Made by a program: the position numbers and the translations under genes
Shown: positions 63,815-64,000 of the stretch, piece by piece
Position numbering within the stretch: position 1 is the stretch's first letter
Layout: each line of letters opens with the position of its first letter
Notes under the pieces: generated by a model
Database searches by the model: none
What the model was told of the DNA's origin: nothing
The model's input: only the letters and a program-made list of their open reading frames with translations
DNA from: Octopus sinensis
Lineage: Eukaryota
Reading direction: 5' to 3'
NCBI RefSeq assembly: GCF_006345805.1
Contig: NC_042999.1
Span: 36,518,001 to 36,582,000 of the forward strand
DNA length: 64,000 nucleotides

Positions 63815-64000
63815 TTCTTCATCATCATCATCATCATCGTTTAACGTCCATTTTCCGTGCTAGCACGGGTTGGAAGGTTCGACCGGGGTCTGGGAAGCCA
63901 GGGGCTGCACCAGGCTCCAGTCTGATCTGGCAGTGTTTCTACAGCTGGATGCCCTTCCTAACGCCAACCACTCTGCGAGTGTAGTGGGTGCTTTTTACGT
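63815..64000 (-). mobile_element. RTE-type 3' tail, runs off window end
   Basis: (cat)n followed by cgtttaacgtccattttccgtgctagcacgggttgg..., the reverse complement of 62800-62977. Confidence 0.9.

Overview
AT-rich, repeat-dense animal genomic DNA. The SINE/LINE repertoire and (TA)n/(CA)n load point to an octopus/cephalopod genome (inference from remembered repeat families). One host coding exon is supported: 18365-18797 (+), the signal peptide and first half of the prodomain of a furin-like proprotein convertase, ending at the LGQ|GT intron position also used by vertebrate furin. No further furin exon was recognised, so 18798-64000 is probably one intron of more than 45 kb, with a 100-N gap at 41900-41999. 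The rest is mobile DNA: a young 5'-truncated RTE-clade LINE (58147-62977; APE endonuclease, RT, PHD-type finger, multimerised 3' UTR), several tRNA-derived SINE families with swapped tails, Tc1/mariner, pogo, piggyBac-like and hAT-like elements, and a Helitron-like element. The most striking unexplained pattern is a set of short non-coding fold-back elements, mostly unrelated in sequence, carrying minimal type I hammerhead ribozyme motifs (Penelope-like/retrozyme style). One of them has a tRNA-derived Pol III head. Coordinates were counted by hand and element ends may be off by a few bases. No search or folding program was run.
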